64,000 nucleotides of DNA, taken from Fermentimonas sp. (GTDB lineage Bacteria; Bacteroidota; Bacteroidia; Bacteroidales; Dysgonomonadaceae). The stretch covers positions 19,648-83,647 of the forward strand of contig JBFLFV010000010.1 in the NCBI GenBank assembly GCA_041859795.1. Reading direction: 5' to 3'. The notes below the pieces were generated by a model. The model saw only the letters and a list, made by a program, of their open reading frames with translations, made no database searches and was not told the origin of the DNA. A program made the translations under genes and the position numbers. Below are positions 29,375 to 39,877 of the stretch, one piece after another (the first letter of the stretch is position 1; every line of letters begins with the position of its first letter).

Positions 29375-30946
29375 ATGACAGAGAAGGATAAAAAATTATT
29401 GGACCGTTACATTATGCATGACACCATTCACAAACTCTATCACGTGCAGCACAAATCGCTGCGATGGATCGCCGTTCATCTTGGCATAAACTTTAGAACA
29501 GTAAAAAAGTTCCTGGACATGGACTCAGGCGAGTTTCAAAAGTATTCCGAGAGCATAAGTACCCGTAACTGCACTCTTGACCCTTACAAAAGTTTTATTG
29601 TAGATCGTCTTAACCTGTTTCAGGATACACCTGCTGCACAGATGCACGACTGGTTAAAAGAGCGCTATCCTTCATTTCCTGAGGTATCTGCAAAAACAGT
29701 TTACAATTACGTGATGAAGATCCGCCAGGAATACAACCTACCAAAACTTAAACCTGTCAATGAACGCGAGTATGGGCCTCTTCCCGATACTCCACCTGGA
29801 AAATATGCACAGGTTGACTTCGGTGAATACAAATTGCGCAAAGGAGATGGCTCAAGAATCAAAGTATACTTCTTTGCCATAATACTTGAATATAGCCGTT
29901 ACAAGTTTATATGGTTCCAGGACAAACCATTCACCAGTGAAAATGCAGTTTACGCTCATGAGCTAGCCTTTCGTTTCTTCCATGGGATACCCGGATTTAT
30001 CGTTTATGATCAGGACTCTGTATTCCTTTATGATGAAAATATAGGAGATTACCGCATGACAGATGTATTTGACAGCTATGTAAAGAGCCGTCCATTTAAG
30101 CCGGTCTTTTGCCGGAGGGCAGATCCTGAAAGCAAAGGCAAAATAGAAAACGTTATCAAATATGTCAAACAGAACTTCTTACTGAACAGATCTTACAGTA
30201 ACATTGACAATCTTAATAAAGATGTAGAAAGCTGGTTGAACAGAACCGGTAATGCAATGGTACATAATACCACCTGTAAAGTTCCCTACGAGGTGTGGTG
30301 CTCAGAATGTAAAGATCTGCAACCCTATGTACCCGTAACCTCTTCAACACTTGAAAAAGGTCATAAGGTGTTAAGCACAAACAAGCTCCGTTATAAAGGA
30401 AGCCTTTACTCTCTTCCCTTTGGTACATACCGTGGTGAGGAGACCAGAGTGCTTGCTCAAGAAGAAGATGGCTCCCTGGTTATTAAAACCATAAATGGAG
30501 AGCTTTTGGCAAAGCATCTTATTGCTGCAGGTCGTGGTGAAAACATTGTAAATAATAATCACCAGCGTGACAGATCAGCAAGCATTGAAAAGCTGAGCGA
30601 ACAGGTAAAGAGCCGGTTCACGGATAAATCCGGTTCTGAAGTCTTCGTTGCAAAGCTACGAGATCGTTATCCCCGTTATATACGGGACCAACTGACTGTT
30701 ATGCTTAACTGCCTTGCAAAATATACACGGCAGGACTGCGATAAAGCGCTTGACCTATGCCTGAGTAAAGGACTTTTCAGTGCTACCGACTTCAAGTCGA
30801 TACTCTCTCAGGTTACTCCTATTATTGAAATCAATGAAGAGGTGGAGATTAAACCACTTGGAACACCGCAAACCAGGTTAATGGTTAATATCAAGCCAAA
30901 CAGGTCAGACATTGATGTGTATCAAAACCTCTTTAAGACCAACTGA
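29375..30946 (+). CDS. istA: IS21 transposase IstA
   Basis: AQVDFG, VYDQD, DPESKGKIEN. Confidence 0.95.
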   Translation: MTEKDKKLLDRYIMHDTIHKLYHVQHKSLRWIAVHLGINFRTVKKFLDMDSGEFQKYSESISTRNCTLDPYKSFIVDRLNLFQDTPAAQMHDWLKERYPSFPEVSAKTVYNYVMKIRQEYNLPKLKPVNEREYGPLPDTPPGKYAQVDFGEYKLRKGDGSRIKVYFFAIILEYSRYKFIWFQDKPFTSENAVYAHELAFRFFHGIPGFIVYDQDSVFLYDENIGDYRMTDVFDSYVKSRPFKPVFCRRADPESKGKIENVIKYVKQNFLLNRSYSNIDNLNKDVESWLNRTGNAMVHNTTCKVPYEVWCSECKDLQPYVPVTSSTLEKGHKVLSTNKLRYKGSLYSLPFGTYRGEETRVLAQEEDGSLVIKTINGELLAKHLIAAGRGENIVNNNHQRDRSASIEKLSEQVKSRFTDKSGSEVFVAKLRDRYPRYIRDQLTVMLNCLAKYTRQDCDKALDLCLSKGLFSATDFKSILSQVTPIIEINEEVEIKPLGTPQTRLMVNIKPNRSDIDVYQNLFKTN

Positions 30947-30947
30947 T

Positions 30948-31739
30948 ATGACAGCAAATAAAACAACAGCCATACGAGGATATGCAAAGAGGTTAAGGCT
31001 ATCGGGGTTGACTCTCAATGCTCAGGATATCCTACTCAAAGCACAACAGGAATCACCAAGTTATGATGATTTTCTTAGACATATATTGGAGATGGAAATA
31101 AAGGGACGTGAAGAAAAGCAGAGGCTTTTACGCTTAAAAGCAGCCAGACTTCCTTTGGCACATAATCTGGATCAATATGACCACAGTATATCAAATGGTC
31201 TGAGTGTTACCCAGCTAAATCAGCTCAGAGAACTGCATTGGATTGATGATAGCTATAATCTTATGCTCACCGGACCTTGCGGTGTAGGCAAAACCTTTAT
31301 TGCTGCCGGCCTTTGTGCAGATGCCATTGACAAGGGATATAAAGCCTACTTCAGGAGCATTGATGAAATACTAACCACATTGAAACTGAAAGATATAGTT
31401 GCCAGTGCAAAAAAGGATTATAAAAATATCGCCACTGCTGATGTTATAGTCATAGATGATCTGATGAATATACCTGTCAGCCGTGATGACGGAAGCCTTC
31501 TCTTTGTATTTATAAACAGCATATATGAATCTACGTCACTTATAATCACCACTAACAAATCACCTGCAGAGTGGGCTCGTTCACTTGATGATGAAGTGTT
31601 GGCAACAGCACTCCTGGACAGGATTTTATATAAATGTGAACTCTTGCAGTTATCCGGGAACAGCTATCGTATGACTAACAGAAAAACTATTTTTAAAGAT
31701 GAACAGAAAAAAGAAATTGGGCAAAAAACAAAAATATAG
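30948..31739 (+). CDS. istB: IS21 helper ATPase IstB
   Basis: GPCGVGKT, IVIDDL, ALLDRIL. Confidence 0.95.
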   Translation: MTANKTTAIRGYAKRLRLSGLTLNAQDILLKAQQESPSYDDFLRHILEMEIKGREEKQRLLRLKAARLPLAHNLDQYDHSISNGLSVTQLNQLRELHWIDDSYNLMLTGPCGVGKTFIAAGLCADAIDKGYKAYFRSIDEILTTLKLKDIVASAKKDYKNIATADVIVIDDLMNIPVSRDDGSLLFVFINSIYESTSLIITTNKSPAEWARSLDDEVLATALLDRILYKCELLQLSGNSYRMTNRKTIFKDEQKKEIGQKTKI

Positions 31740-31893
31740 AATGAGAATATTAACGAATAAATTATCTTTGCAACTGATGCACTATTGTTACTGAATATGC
31801 TGCATCATTGTTACCGAAAGTGTTGCATTGTTGTTGCCAAAAACGCTGCACTCTAAATTACCGAAAATGCTGCATTCTTAATTACCGTTTACA

Positions 31894-32733
31894 TCAAATC
31901 ATTAACGGTTTCTAATAACCATCTTTTATGACAATCAAAACTGTATGACCAACTTCCCCAAACTTCATAATAGTTATTTTTCCTGATCGTTAAAAATGCT
32001 CGTTTAAAATCGTCAGAAAGTTTGGTGTTTGCATCTTCAAAATTGCTGGTAATTACCGATAATATCTTTTCCAACTTAACCTTATCAAATGTGGTTGGAT
32101 CTGAATCTTCAATGTCATAATCAGTACAATACAAAGCAAAATCAATTCTTCCCTTACAGAAATTTGCATCTTCCATATCGTGGATAACTTGTTTTGAATC
32201 AGGACTTTTAACGATTATTTTTGCTTTCTCTATTTCTTCTTTTATTTGGCTTTGACGGTGACCTGATTTGATCGTGTTTTCAGAGAGAAAGCCATAAATA
32301 TTTAAACAGCCAGCTGAAAGTTCTTGAATTAAGTTTACTGCCGAAATGAAAGTTGTAGCACTATCAATAGTTGAGTTTTCTACAATATTTCGTATAACTC
32401 GCATCCAATCATTGAAAGTATTTACATCAAATTCAGAGTTTAACAGATATACAGTTTGGGCATAAAAAATAACCCTGTTTTGCCATTCCAATTTTTCATT
32501 TTGAATAATATCCTTGAATAGAGTTTCGTTACAATATTTCCATAAATCAACATTAGTCTTTAGTTCTGAATAATCATCTTGAGAATACTTATCAAAACAT
32601 TTTACTAAATATTCAAATGCTTTTTTTGTCGAAAAATCATTAGGTGCAATTTCATTTGGGTTATTAAACAGAATAACCATTCTACGCTCAATTCTTTCTC
32701 GTTTTATAGCATTATCTGAAATATTTTTATTTT
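31894..32733 (-). pseudogene. Internal fragment of a large protein resembling the C-terminal region of DUF262/GmrSD-type proteins; 5'-truncated by IS66
   Basis: The frame is open up to the IS66 boundary (NKNISDNAIKRERIERRMVILF). DWMRVIRNIVEN...EEIEKAKII...FCKGRIDFAL resembles DUF262 protein C-termini (from recall). Confidence 0.55.
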
Positions 32734-32834
32734 GTAAGCATTCGGTCTTGCCCGTATTTTATTCCAAGCTTTCTTAGATTCTTCCAAAAAACCTTTCAAA
32801 AACTTGTAAAACATTCGGAGACGGTTCGGAGTTT

Positions 32835-34916
32835 TTAGGAGGTTTTTCGTAACCAATTTAAAGGAAGCAGTTCAGCAAGATCCATTGTGTAGTCCTGATC
32901 ATAATCGTGGATATGACTCAAAACATGTACCATCCAGTCACGGAAGTTCACTTCTGCAGCCTTACAGCATCCAAGTAAAGAGTAGATAACTGCAGCATCT
33001 TCTGCAGCGTCATGATTTCCGCAAAACAGGTAGTTCTTCCTGCCAAGCGCCAGACCTCTCAGACTATTTTCGGCAAGGTTATTATCTATATGGTACCTTC
33101 CATCCAGATGATAACGACTTAAACGGTGATAGATGTCATAACAGTATTTTATCGCCTTGCCTATCGGGCTTTTTGGTAACACTTTACCGTATTCATTTAC
33201 CAGCCATTTTTCAAAGACAACCATAATGGGGTAAGCGTGTGTCTCTCGCAGCTTGGCTCTCTCCTGGTAAGAAAGATTCTTATCATCAGCCTCTCTTTCT
33301 ACTTCGTATAGAAGTCCGATTTGCTCAAGAGCATATTCAGCTCTTTCCCTATCATTTTTGAGCGACTCCTCAAACTTTCTTCTTGCATGAGCCCAACAAC
33401 CAAGGGGTAGTACATCTTTTTTGTATTCGTACATTTGGTATACACTGTACCCGTCTGTCTGCATTGCACCTCGGAAGTCTTTTAAAAGTGATAATGCTAC
33501 CTTCTGTGCTCTTGAGCCTTGATCATAATGGAAGAAGACCTGCTTGTCCATCGCAGAGCGCACCATCCACATGTATCCATTTACGGTTTTATGCTTCTCG
33601 TTATTTATTATGGGAACGGTGGTTTCATCCACCTGGATATAATCCGTGTCAAGAACTATTTCTTTAAGTCGGTAATATAATGGTCTCAACAAGTCGGCAG
33701 TATCCTTGAACCAATCGTTCACCGTTGGTGGTGGAAGATTTACACCCACCTGCTTCATCATCTGTATCTGACGATAAAAAGGAAGGTGGTTCACGTACTT
33801 GTTTATCATCAGTTCCGCCAAGAGTGATGCTCCGGCATAACTGCGTGCAATAGGCTGATATTTTGCAGGAAGTGGTGCAGTTATAATAGAAGAAGAGTTC
33901 TGTGAATCCTGTTCAGTTTTGCTTTTTACAACATATTTATGACGTATAATCTTCCTTACCCAGCATCTTCCGGGTTCATACTCCATAACTTCAGTAATCT
34001 CGGGCTCTAACTCTGTCAATGTATCAGAGTTGTCTTTTACCTCATCGGGATAAAGATGCTCTTCAACCCGGGGAAGATCTTCAGGTAAAGGTTTACGTAC
34101 AGGTTTTCTTTTTACACGCTCTTTTACTCGCCTTTCTTTGAAAGTTTCTATATCTGCTTTGGCTGCTTCTGCAAGTTCTTTTTCTTCAGGTAAAAGGTCT
34201 ATACCTTCAAAGTCGATCATGCGTTGCCTAGGATCTTCTTTTATAAAGCGTTCACTGGACTTGCCCCATATCCGACGTCTTAAGTAAGCAACCTGCTTTT
34301 CTAAATCAAGGATCTTTTCGTCTTTTTTGGATATGGTTTCCTCATACGAGGTTTTTAATGCATCAACATCCGTGCGATCTTCAAGCTTACCCTTCAGAAG
34401 CATGTTCTCCTGATATAAACGGTCGCATTTCTCCAAGAGGAGTTCTAAAAGCTCGTTAGTATTTTCTTTGTTTTCTTGCATCATTAACCTGTTAGATAAC
34501 GAGAGTAAAGATACAAAAACGGTGCAATATATGCAAGTAAAAAAAGAGACTAAAAACCGTTTGTTTATGCGCCTTTCCATCGTTTTTTTATATTTACATT
34601 TTTCAGTTTCAATACCCTGTACCATCAGCATAAGTTTCTGCCAAGAGAAGGGGTGCGATCTTCCATTTTCATCAAAAGAGGGTAATGTAAAATTACCTTT
34701 TTCAAGCTTCATATAATAAATCACAAGCCCACCATGTTCCATGTGCAGAGCCTTCAAACTGGTGCAATGACGGTTCAGAAAGATGAAAACATCTCCGCTG
34801 CGTACATTCTGTCCCATATGATCCGTGACCAATCCGCTTAATGTGTAAAAACCTTTGCGCATATCAGTAGGCTGTGGATAAAGCCAGTAACGCATCGAGT
34901 TGTTAAGGTTAAACAT
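32835..34916 (-). CDS. IS66 TnpB-TnpC in-frame fusion ORF
   Basis: TnpB motifs followed by full TnpC (DETT, TDGY, CWAHARR, DNNLAEN). Three extra homopolymer bases relative to copy 1 bypass the tnpB stop. Confidence 0.85.
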   Translation of the reverse strand: MFNLNNSMRYWLYPQPTDMRKGFYTLSGLVTDHMGQNVRSGDVFIFLNRHCTSLKALHMEHGGLVIYYMKLEKGNFTLPSFDENGRSHPFSWQKLMLMVQGIETEKCKYKKTMERRINKRFLVSFFTCIYCTVFVSLLSLSNRLMMQENKENTNELLELLLEKCDRLYQENMLLKGKLEDRTDVDALKTSYEETISKKDEKILDLEKQVAYLRRRIWGKSSERFIKEDPRQRMIDFEGIDLLPEEKELAEAAKADIETFKERRVKERVKRKPVRKPLPEDLPRVEEHLYPDEVKDNSDTLTELEPEITEVMEYEPGRCWVRKIIRHKYVVKSKTEQDSQNSSSIITAPLPAKYQPIARSYAGASLLAELMINKYVNHLPFYRQIQMMKQVGVNLPPPTVNDWFKDTADLLRPLYYRLKEIVLDTDYIQVDETTVPIINNEKHKTVNGYMWMVRSAMDKQVFFHYDQGSRAQKVALSLLKDFRGAMQTDGYSVYQMYEYKKDVLPLGCWAHARRKFEESLKNDRERAEYALEQIGLLYEVEREADDKNLSYQERAKLRETHAYPIMVVFEKWLVNEYGKVLPKSPIGKAIKYCYDIYHRLSRYHLDGRYHIDNNLAENSLRGLALGRKNYLFCGNHDAAEDAAVIYSLLGCCKAAEVNFRDWMVHVLSHIHDYDQDYTMDLAELLPLNWLRKTS

Positions 34917-34919
34917 GCT

Positions 34920-35279
34920 TTATTGGGTTAAGAGGATTAAAGATCGCAGCTGGTTGATGTCTGCACCAACGGGAACACGTAATTTAACTCCATTGGGATA
35001 AACAATTTCAAAAACATCACCGGCAACCTGGTCAGCATTCTCTGGCAATAGTTTCTGTTGAGCCTTTCTTTTTGTCTGCATTTGTGAAGTTGAACCGGTA
35101 AAAACAATCGGTACAAAATTGGACGGTTGTTCTTTATGTCGGTTATTCTTTATTGATTTATTTTTCCAATAATAAAACTTAGACTGAAGTATACACTCAT
35201 TTTCGCAAAAATCTTTAACAGATAAACCACTGGATTGGAAGCGATCATAAACTAACTCAAACTGCTGTATTGTCCACAT
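34920..35279 (-). CDS. tnpA: IS66 accessory protein TnpA
   Basis: Close homolog of 18776-19135. Confidence 0.9.
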   Translation of the reverse strand: MWTIQQFELVYDRFQSSGLSVKDFCENECILQSKFYYWKNKSIKNNRHKEQPSNFVPIVFTGSTSQMQTKRKAQQKLLPENADQVAGDVFEIVYPNGVKLRVPVGADINQLRSLILLTQ

Positions 35280-35406
35280 ATCTTTTTGAGGACAAATATA
35301 GAGGAGTTAAATAGTTAAATTAAGACGGGGTAGACCGAATGCTTACAATATATAAGTAAATATTAAAAGATATTTGTTTTTGTTTCGACAGGATTTTGAG
35401 TAAAAA

Positions 35407-35437
35407 AACGCGGTGTGACCATGAAATCCACCGCGTT
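35407..35437 (-). terminator. Intrinsic terminator downstream of rho
   Basis: AACGCGGTG...CACCGCGTT stem with a U-run on the minus strand. Confidence 0.7.
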
Positions 35438-35472
35438 AATTATTTGATTTAAATAATGCTTAAATTAAAAAG

Positions 35473-37386
35473 CTAATCATTCATTGAAATCAGAAACTCC
35501 TCATTATTCTTAGTACGTCTTAAACGCTGGAGTAGAAATTCCATTGCTTCAACTGAATTCATATCAGCTAGGAAGTTACGTAATACCCACATTCTATTTA
35601 ATGTTTCTTCAGATAGCAGTAAATCGTCGCGACGAGTACTTGAGGCTACTATGTCAACTGATGGGAATATTCGTTTGTTTGATAGTTTTCTATCAAGTTG
35701 TAACTCCATGTTGCCTGTACCCTTGAACTCTTCAAATATAACATCATCCATTTTAGAGCCTGTATCAGTAAGAGCAGTTGCAATAATAGTTAAAGAACCA
35801 CCATTTTCAATATTTCTAGCTGCTCCAAAGAAACGTTTAGGTTTATGAAGTGCATTTGCATCAACACCACCAGAGAGTACTTTTCCTGAGGCAGGTTGAA
35901 CTGTATTGTATGCACGTGCAAGACGAGTAATTGAATCCAATAATATTACCACATCATGACCACACTCAACTAAACGGCGAGCCTTATTTAAAACAATCTC
36001 AGCTATTTTTACATGTTGATCTGCAGGCTCATCAAAAGTTGAAGCAATCACTTCTGCGTTAACACTTCGCTCCATATCAGTCACCTCTTCGGGTCTTTCA
36101 TCAATTAGAAGTATTATCATATATACTTCAGGATGATTGTCGGCAATAGCGTTTGCAATATCTTTAAGCAAAACAGTTTTACCTGTTTTTGGTTGTGCTA
36201 CAATTAGTCCACGCTGTCCTTTTCCAATTGGTGTGAACATATCAACCACTCTGCAAGACAGGTTATCATTATGACCCTTTGTAAGATTAAATTTCTCATC
36301 AGGGAACAATGGTTTTAAGTGATCAAAGGGAACACGATCTCTTACAGCGTCGGGATTACGTCCATTTAATTTATCTACTTTTACTAATGGGAAAAACTTT
36401 TCTCCCTCCTTGGGTGGTCTAATAGGCCCTTCTACTACATCACCTGTTTTGAGTCCAAAAAGGCGAATTTGTGATTGAGATACATATATATCATCCGGAG
36501 ATGACATATAGTTATAGTCTGAAGATCGAAGAAATCCATATCCATCAGACATGATTTCCAGAACACCTGAAGCATCTAATATACCGTCAAAGTCATAGGC
36601 AGGGTCTTTTACTTTCTCTTTTTCTTTCTCCTTTTCCCTTTCCTTTTGCTTTTGTTGAATATTTGGACCTTTTGCTTTATCTTGTTGAGATTGTTGCTGT
36701 TTGGGTTGAATTGGTGAAGGAGTTACAAGATCTAATATCGAAACTCTTTCTCCAATCTGTGAAACATCTTTTTTTAACTTTTCAGCATTTTGATCTTGAG
36801 AATCTTCTGAAATTACAGGAGGTAAAGTAATTGGAGAAGGTGTGTTTTTCTTCTCTTCTTTTCTATGTTTTGATCTAAACACTAATTGAATTGGTTTACC
36901 ACTTGTTTTTTGATCTGCTGACTTATCATCAGATGCTTTTGAATTAACAGGTTTTTGCTCAGTAGATGAATTTTCAGCAACCTGAGTATTCTTTATTTCC
37001 TGTCTTATGTTCTCTTTTATTCTCTGAGGTTGAGGTTTTTCAGGTTCTTTTGTAGTTTGGACAGCTTCGATTTTAGGTTGAGTTTTTTGTTCTACTTTTT
37101 TAACTTCAGCTTTCTTTGTTTCAGCCTTTTGTGGCTCTACTTTTTTAACTTCAGCCTTTCTAGATTCAATCTTTTTAGCTTCGGCCCTTTTTGCTGTAGT
37201 TTTACTTTTTTTACTACCACTGTCGGCACTTAACTTTTTAGTTTCTGCAATTGCTTGTTCATCTAGAATTTTATAAATAAGTTCTTCTTTTTTGTATGCA
37301 TCAGGTCGTCTGATACCCATTTCTTTGGCAAGAACCCGTAATTCTGTTGTAAGCTTTTCGTTTAGCTCAATAATGTTATAAGCCAT
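35473..37386 (-). CDS. rho: Transcription termination factor Rho with a long N-terminal low-complexity insertion
   Basis: [46 protein letters not shown]. Confidence 0.98.
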   Translation of the reverse strand: MAYNIIELNEKLTTELRVLAKEMGIRRPDAYKKEELIYKILDEQAIAETKKLSADSGSKKSKTTAKRAEAKKIESRKAEVKKVEPQKAETKKAEVKKVEQKTQPKIEAVQTTKEPEKPQPQRIKENIRQEIKNTQVAENSSTEQKPVNSKASDDKSADQKTSGKPIQLVFRSKHRKEEKKNTPSPITLPPVISEDSQDQNAEKLKKDVSQIGERVSILDLVTPSPIQPKQQQSQQDKAKGPNIQQKQKEREKEKEKEKVKDPAYDFDGILDASGVLEIMSDGYGFLRSSDYNYMSSPDDIYVSQSQIRLFGLKTGDVVEGPIRPPKEGEKFFPLVKVDKLNGRNPDAVRDRVPFDHLKPLFPDEKFNLTKGHNDNLSCRVVDMFTPIGKGQRGLIVAQPKTGKTVLLKDIANAIADNHPEVYMIILLIDERPEEVTDMERSVNAEVIASTFDEPADQHVKIAEIVLNKARRLVECGHDVVILLDSITRLARAYNTVQPASGKVLSGGVDANALHKPKRFFGAARNIENGGSLTIIATALTDTGSKMDDVIFEEFKGTGNMELQLDRKLSNKRIFPSVDIVASSTRRDDLLLSEETLNRMWVLRNFLADMNSVEAMEFLLQRLRRTKNNEEFLISMND

Positions 37387-37661
37387 ATAGTTGTTTTGAA
37401 ATTCGTTATGGATTTTAGAAAAATGATATAATAAATTATATCCAGTTTCGATTATGGTATCATTACCATACTAATGTAACAAAAAGGAGGATATAATAGT
37501 TTGAAATGAATTAAAAATAATTAACAGTAGTATGAGACAAATTACTGTTTTAGATTCACGACAAAGATACTATTTTTTTTGAAATCTAGATAAATATTTA
37601 TAGTTTTTTTAAAGAATAATGCAATTATAGCCTGAATACTATAAAAAAACAGCCAAAACAC

Positions 37662-38711
37662 TTATTCATTTTGCATATTTATCTTATTTGATGTATCAAG
37701 ACGTCTTTTAATTTCATTCTTATATATTAAAGATCTTCTTCTTTCTAGAGAATTAGGAGAAGTTGACTCATTAAAAAGATTATTTGCCTCCTCTGCCCAT
37801 TTAAATGATGTCTCCATATCATCAAGCATCTCGTAAGCGAGTGCTATATTGTTTGCAGCTTTTGCTTTATTGACTTTTTTTGACTGTGAATTATAAAATG
37901 TTTCCCACTTTTCAATTGCCTGTAGCCATTCAGCTTTTTCAGCACTTACTTCTCCTTCACGCATCTTTGAGTTTGGTAATGTGTAAAACCATCTATCTTG
38001 TCTTTCCCAGTGAGGAGCAAACACATAAGACATTTTCTCTGCAGCTCTCACTGCTAATATCTTCATAGCTTCTTCTCTAGATGGAAGCATTACTTCAGCA
38101 TATGCATTTCCATCTTGAATGTCAAACCCTTCCCACTTAAGGCTGTCTAAATACTGAACTACGGGAATTTTACCCTCTAGAGTAGGAAGATATACTCTTA
38201 CAATAGAATTTATATTACCAGTCAAATCACCATATATATAACCTTGCTGTTTGAAATGTTCTCTCTTTCTTGTTTCTATTAATAGCTTATCCAAAGAGAT
38301 TATTGCATCTGCACCTGTCTCCTCTCTAATCCGGTTCATTATTTGAGGGTCCAATCCTTGTTCCTGGAAAAAATCTTTATCATTTCTCAATGGATTATTG
38401 TATAATGTAACCCACTGAAAATAATCTTCTTCATTCAAAAACTGTGTAAGTGCTTCTGTATAAAAAATTGAGATACTATCAGAAGATGCCTTCTCGCGAT
38501 CAATTTCTTTACTGCCTATCTTCTTGAGATTATGCCCAATATCATCAGGTTGCTGCACAACATTATTTACAACTGTAATTTTAAGTACATTAGGTGGAAG
38601 TATTACTTGTGCAGGCTCATGAGTTTCCACTGTCAGGTATTTTATTCCTGAACAACTGCCAAAAAGGAATACTATAAATAAAAAAATTAAGCAAGTGGTT
38701 GTTCTATTCAT
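37662..38711 (-). CDS. Lipoprotein with C-terminal TPR (DUF6340-like)
   Basis: LFGSC lipobox, AANNIALAYE TPR-like helices. Confidence 0.75.
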   Translation of the reverse strand: MNRTTTCLIFLFIVFLFGSCSGIKYLTVETHEPAQVILPPNVLKITVVNNVVQQPDDIGHNLKKIGSKEIDREKASSDSISIFYTEALTQFLNEEDYFQWVTLYNNPLRNDKDFFQEQGLDPQIMNRIREETGADAIISLDKLLIETRKREHFKQQGYIYGDLTGNINSIVRVYLPTLEGKIPVVQYLDSLKWEGFDIQDGNAYAEVMLPSREEAMKILAVRAAEKMSYVFAPHWERQDRWFYTLPNSKMREGEVSAEKAEWLQAIEKWETFYNSQSKKVNKAKAANNIALAYEMLDDMETSFKWAEEANNLFNESTSPNSLERRRSLIYKNEIKRRLDTSNKINMQNE

Positions 38712-38913
38712 ATTGGCCAATTTATCTTGGTCTATTATTAAATGTAATACAAAGATATCACATTTAATTAACATATTCAGGAGCATAATTGTTTTTTCAA
38801 TTTATAAAAAACATTATTTAATCTAATACTATTAGTGTGATTTTTGTGTATATTTGCAGTTCGCTTAAAATATTGTAATCAAACAAAAATATAGTAATCA
38901 AACAAACTAAAAC

Positions 38914-39786
38914 ATGGCATTTAACATTATCGTTTTGGCTAAGCAAGTTCCTGATACTCGCAATGTAGGGAAGAATGCAATGAAAGTCGATGGTACAGTA
39001 AACAGAGCAGCCCTTCCGGCAATATTTAATCCTGAAGATCTTAATGCTTTAGAACAGGCATTAGAGATTAAGGACCGATTTCCGGGTTCACAAATCACCA
39101 TGCTAACCATGGGTCCGGTACGTGCAGCCGAAATTTTGCGAGAAGGACTTTTCCGTGGAGCAGATGATGGAGTATTGTTAACTGATAGAGCTTTTGCCGG
39201 TGCTGATACACTAGCAACCTCATATGCATTATCAAAAGCAATTCAAAAAATTGGTAACTTTAACATAATTGTTTCAGGTCGTCAAGCAATTGATGGTGAC
39301 ACAGCTCAAGTTGGCCCCCAAGTTGCAGAAAAACTTGGAATTCCACAAATCACATACTCAGAGGAGATTATTGATATTGATAAGGATAAACTACAAATAA
39401 AAAGGCGACTTGATAACGGGGTTGAGATTGTAGAGAGTCCACTTCCAGTACTTATCACAGTTAATGGTACTTCTCGTCCTTGCAGATCTAGAAATGCAAA
39501 ACTTTTATTGAAATTCAAGCATGCAAAAACTGTGACAGAACGTCAGGTAGAAAATCTAGATTATATTGATATCTATGATAGTCGACCATATTTAAACTTA
39601 ACCGAATGGAGTGTTGCAGATGTTGACGCTGATCCGGCAGAGTGCGGTCTTTCAGGTTCACCAACTAAGGTAAAGAAAACCGAGAATGTTGTTTTTCAAA
39701 CTAAGGAAAGCAAACATATTTCAGAGAGTGATTATGATATTGATGAGCTAATGAAAGAGTTAATCGAAAATCACACTATTGGTTAA
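38914..39786 (+). CDS. etfB: Electron transfer flavoprotein beta subunit
   Basis: KQVPDT, NPEDLNALE, GADTLATS, GRQAIDGDTAQVG. Confidence 0.96.
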   Translation: MAFNIIVLAKQVPDTRNVGKNAMKVDGTVNRAALPAIFNPEDLNALEQALEIKDRFPGSQITMLTMGPVRAAEILREGLFRGADDGVLLTDRAFAGADTLATSYALSKAIQKIGNFNIIVSGRQAIDGDTAQVGPQVAEKLGIPQITYSEEIIDIDKDKLQIKRRLDNGVEIVESPLPVLITVNGTSRPCRSRNAKLLLKFKHAKTVTERQVENLDYIDIYDSRPYLNLTEWSVADVDADPAECGLSGSPTKVKKTENVVFQTKESKHISESDYDIDELMKELIENHTIG

Positions 39787-39877
39787 TTCAACAAATTACT
39801 ATTTTTTTAAGTCATTCTATGACTGAGAAATATTAGAAGTCTGTTTTAAATTAAGAATTAAGAGTAAAAATTATACA

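Larger units (their letters stand above)
29204..31893 (+). mobile_element. IS21 family element (second, different isoform)
   Basis: TGTAA...TTTACA ends; 5-bp TSD TCAAA at 29199-29203 and 31894-31898; about 23-bp tandem terminal repeats (29225-29316 and 31778-31893). Confidence 0.93.
11916..35346. mobile_element. Putative IS66-bounded composite transposon (about 23.4 kb)
   Basis: Outer ends are GTAAGCATTCGGTC (11916) and GACCGAATGCTTAC (ends 35346). The identical 8-mer AATATATA lies at 11908-11915 and 35347-35354. The inner IS ends show no duplication. Confidence 0.8.
32734..35346 (-). mobile_element. IS66 family element, copy 2
   Basis: Same 14-bp IRs as copy 1; 2613 bp; diverged isoform (for example TnpA MWTIQQFELV versus MWSIQQFKLV). 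Confidence 0.95.

Noticed and set aside
19203-32733. Cointegrate model (circular donor recombined into a resident IS66)
   Set aside because: That model predicts a shared TSD at the inner IS ends, but these are ATATGGAC and TTTATTTT.
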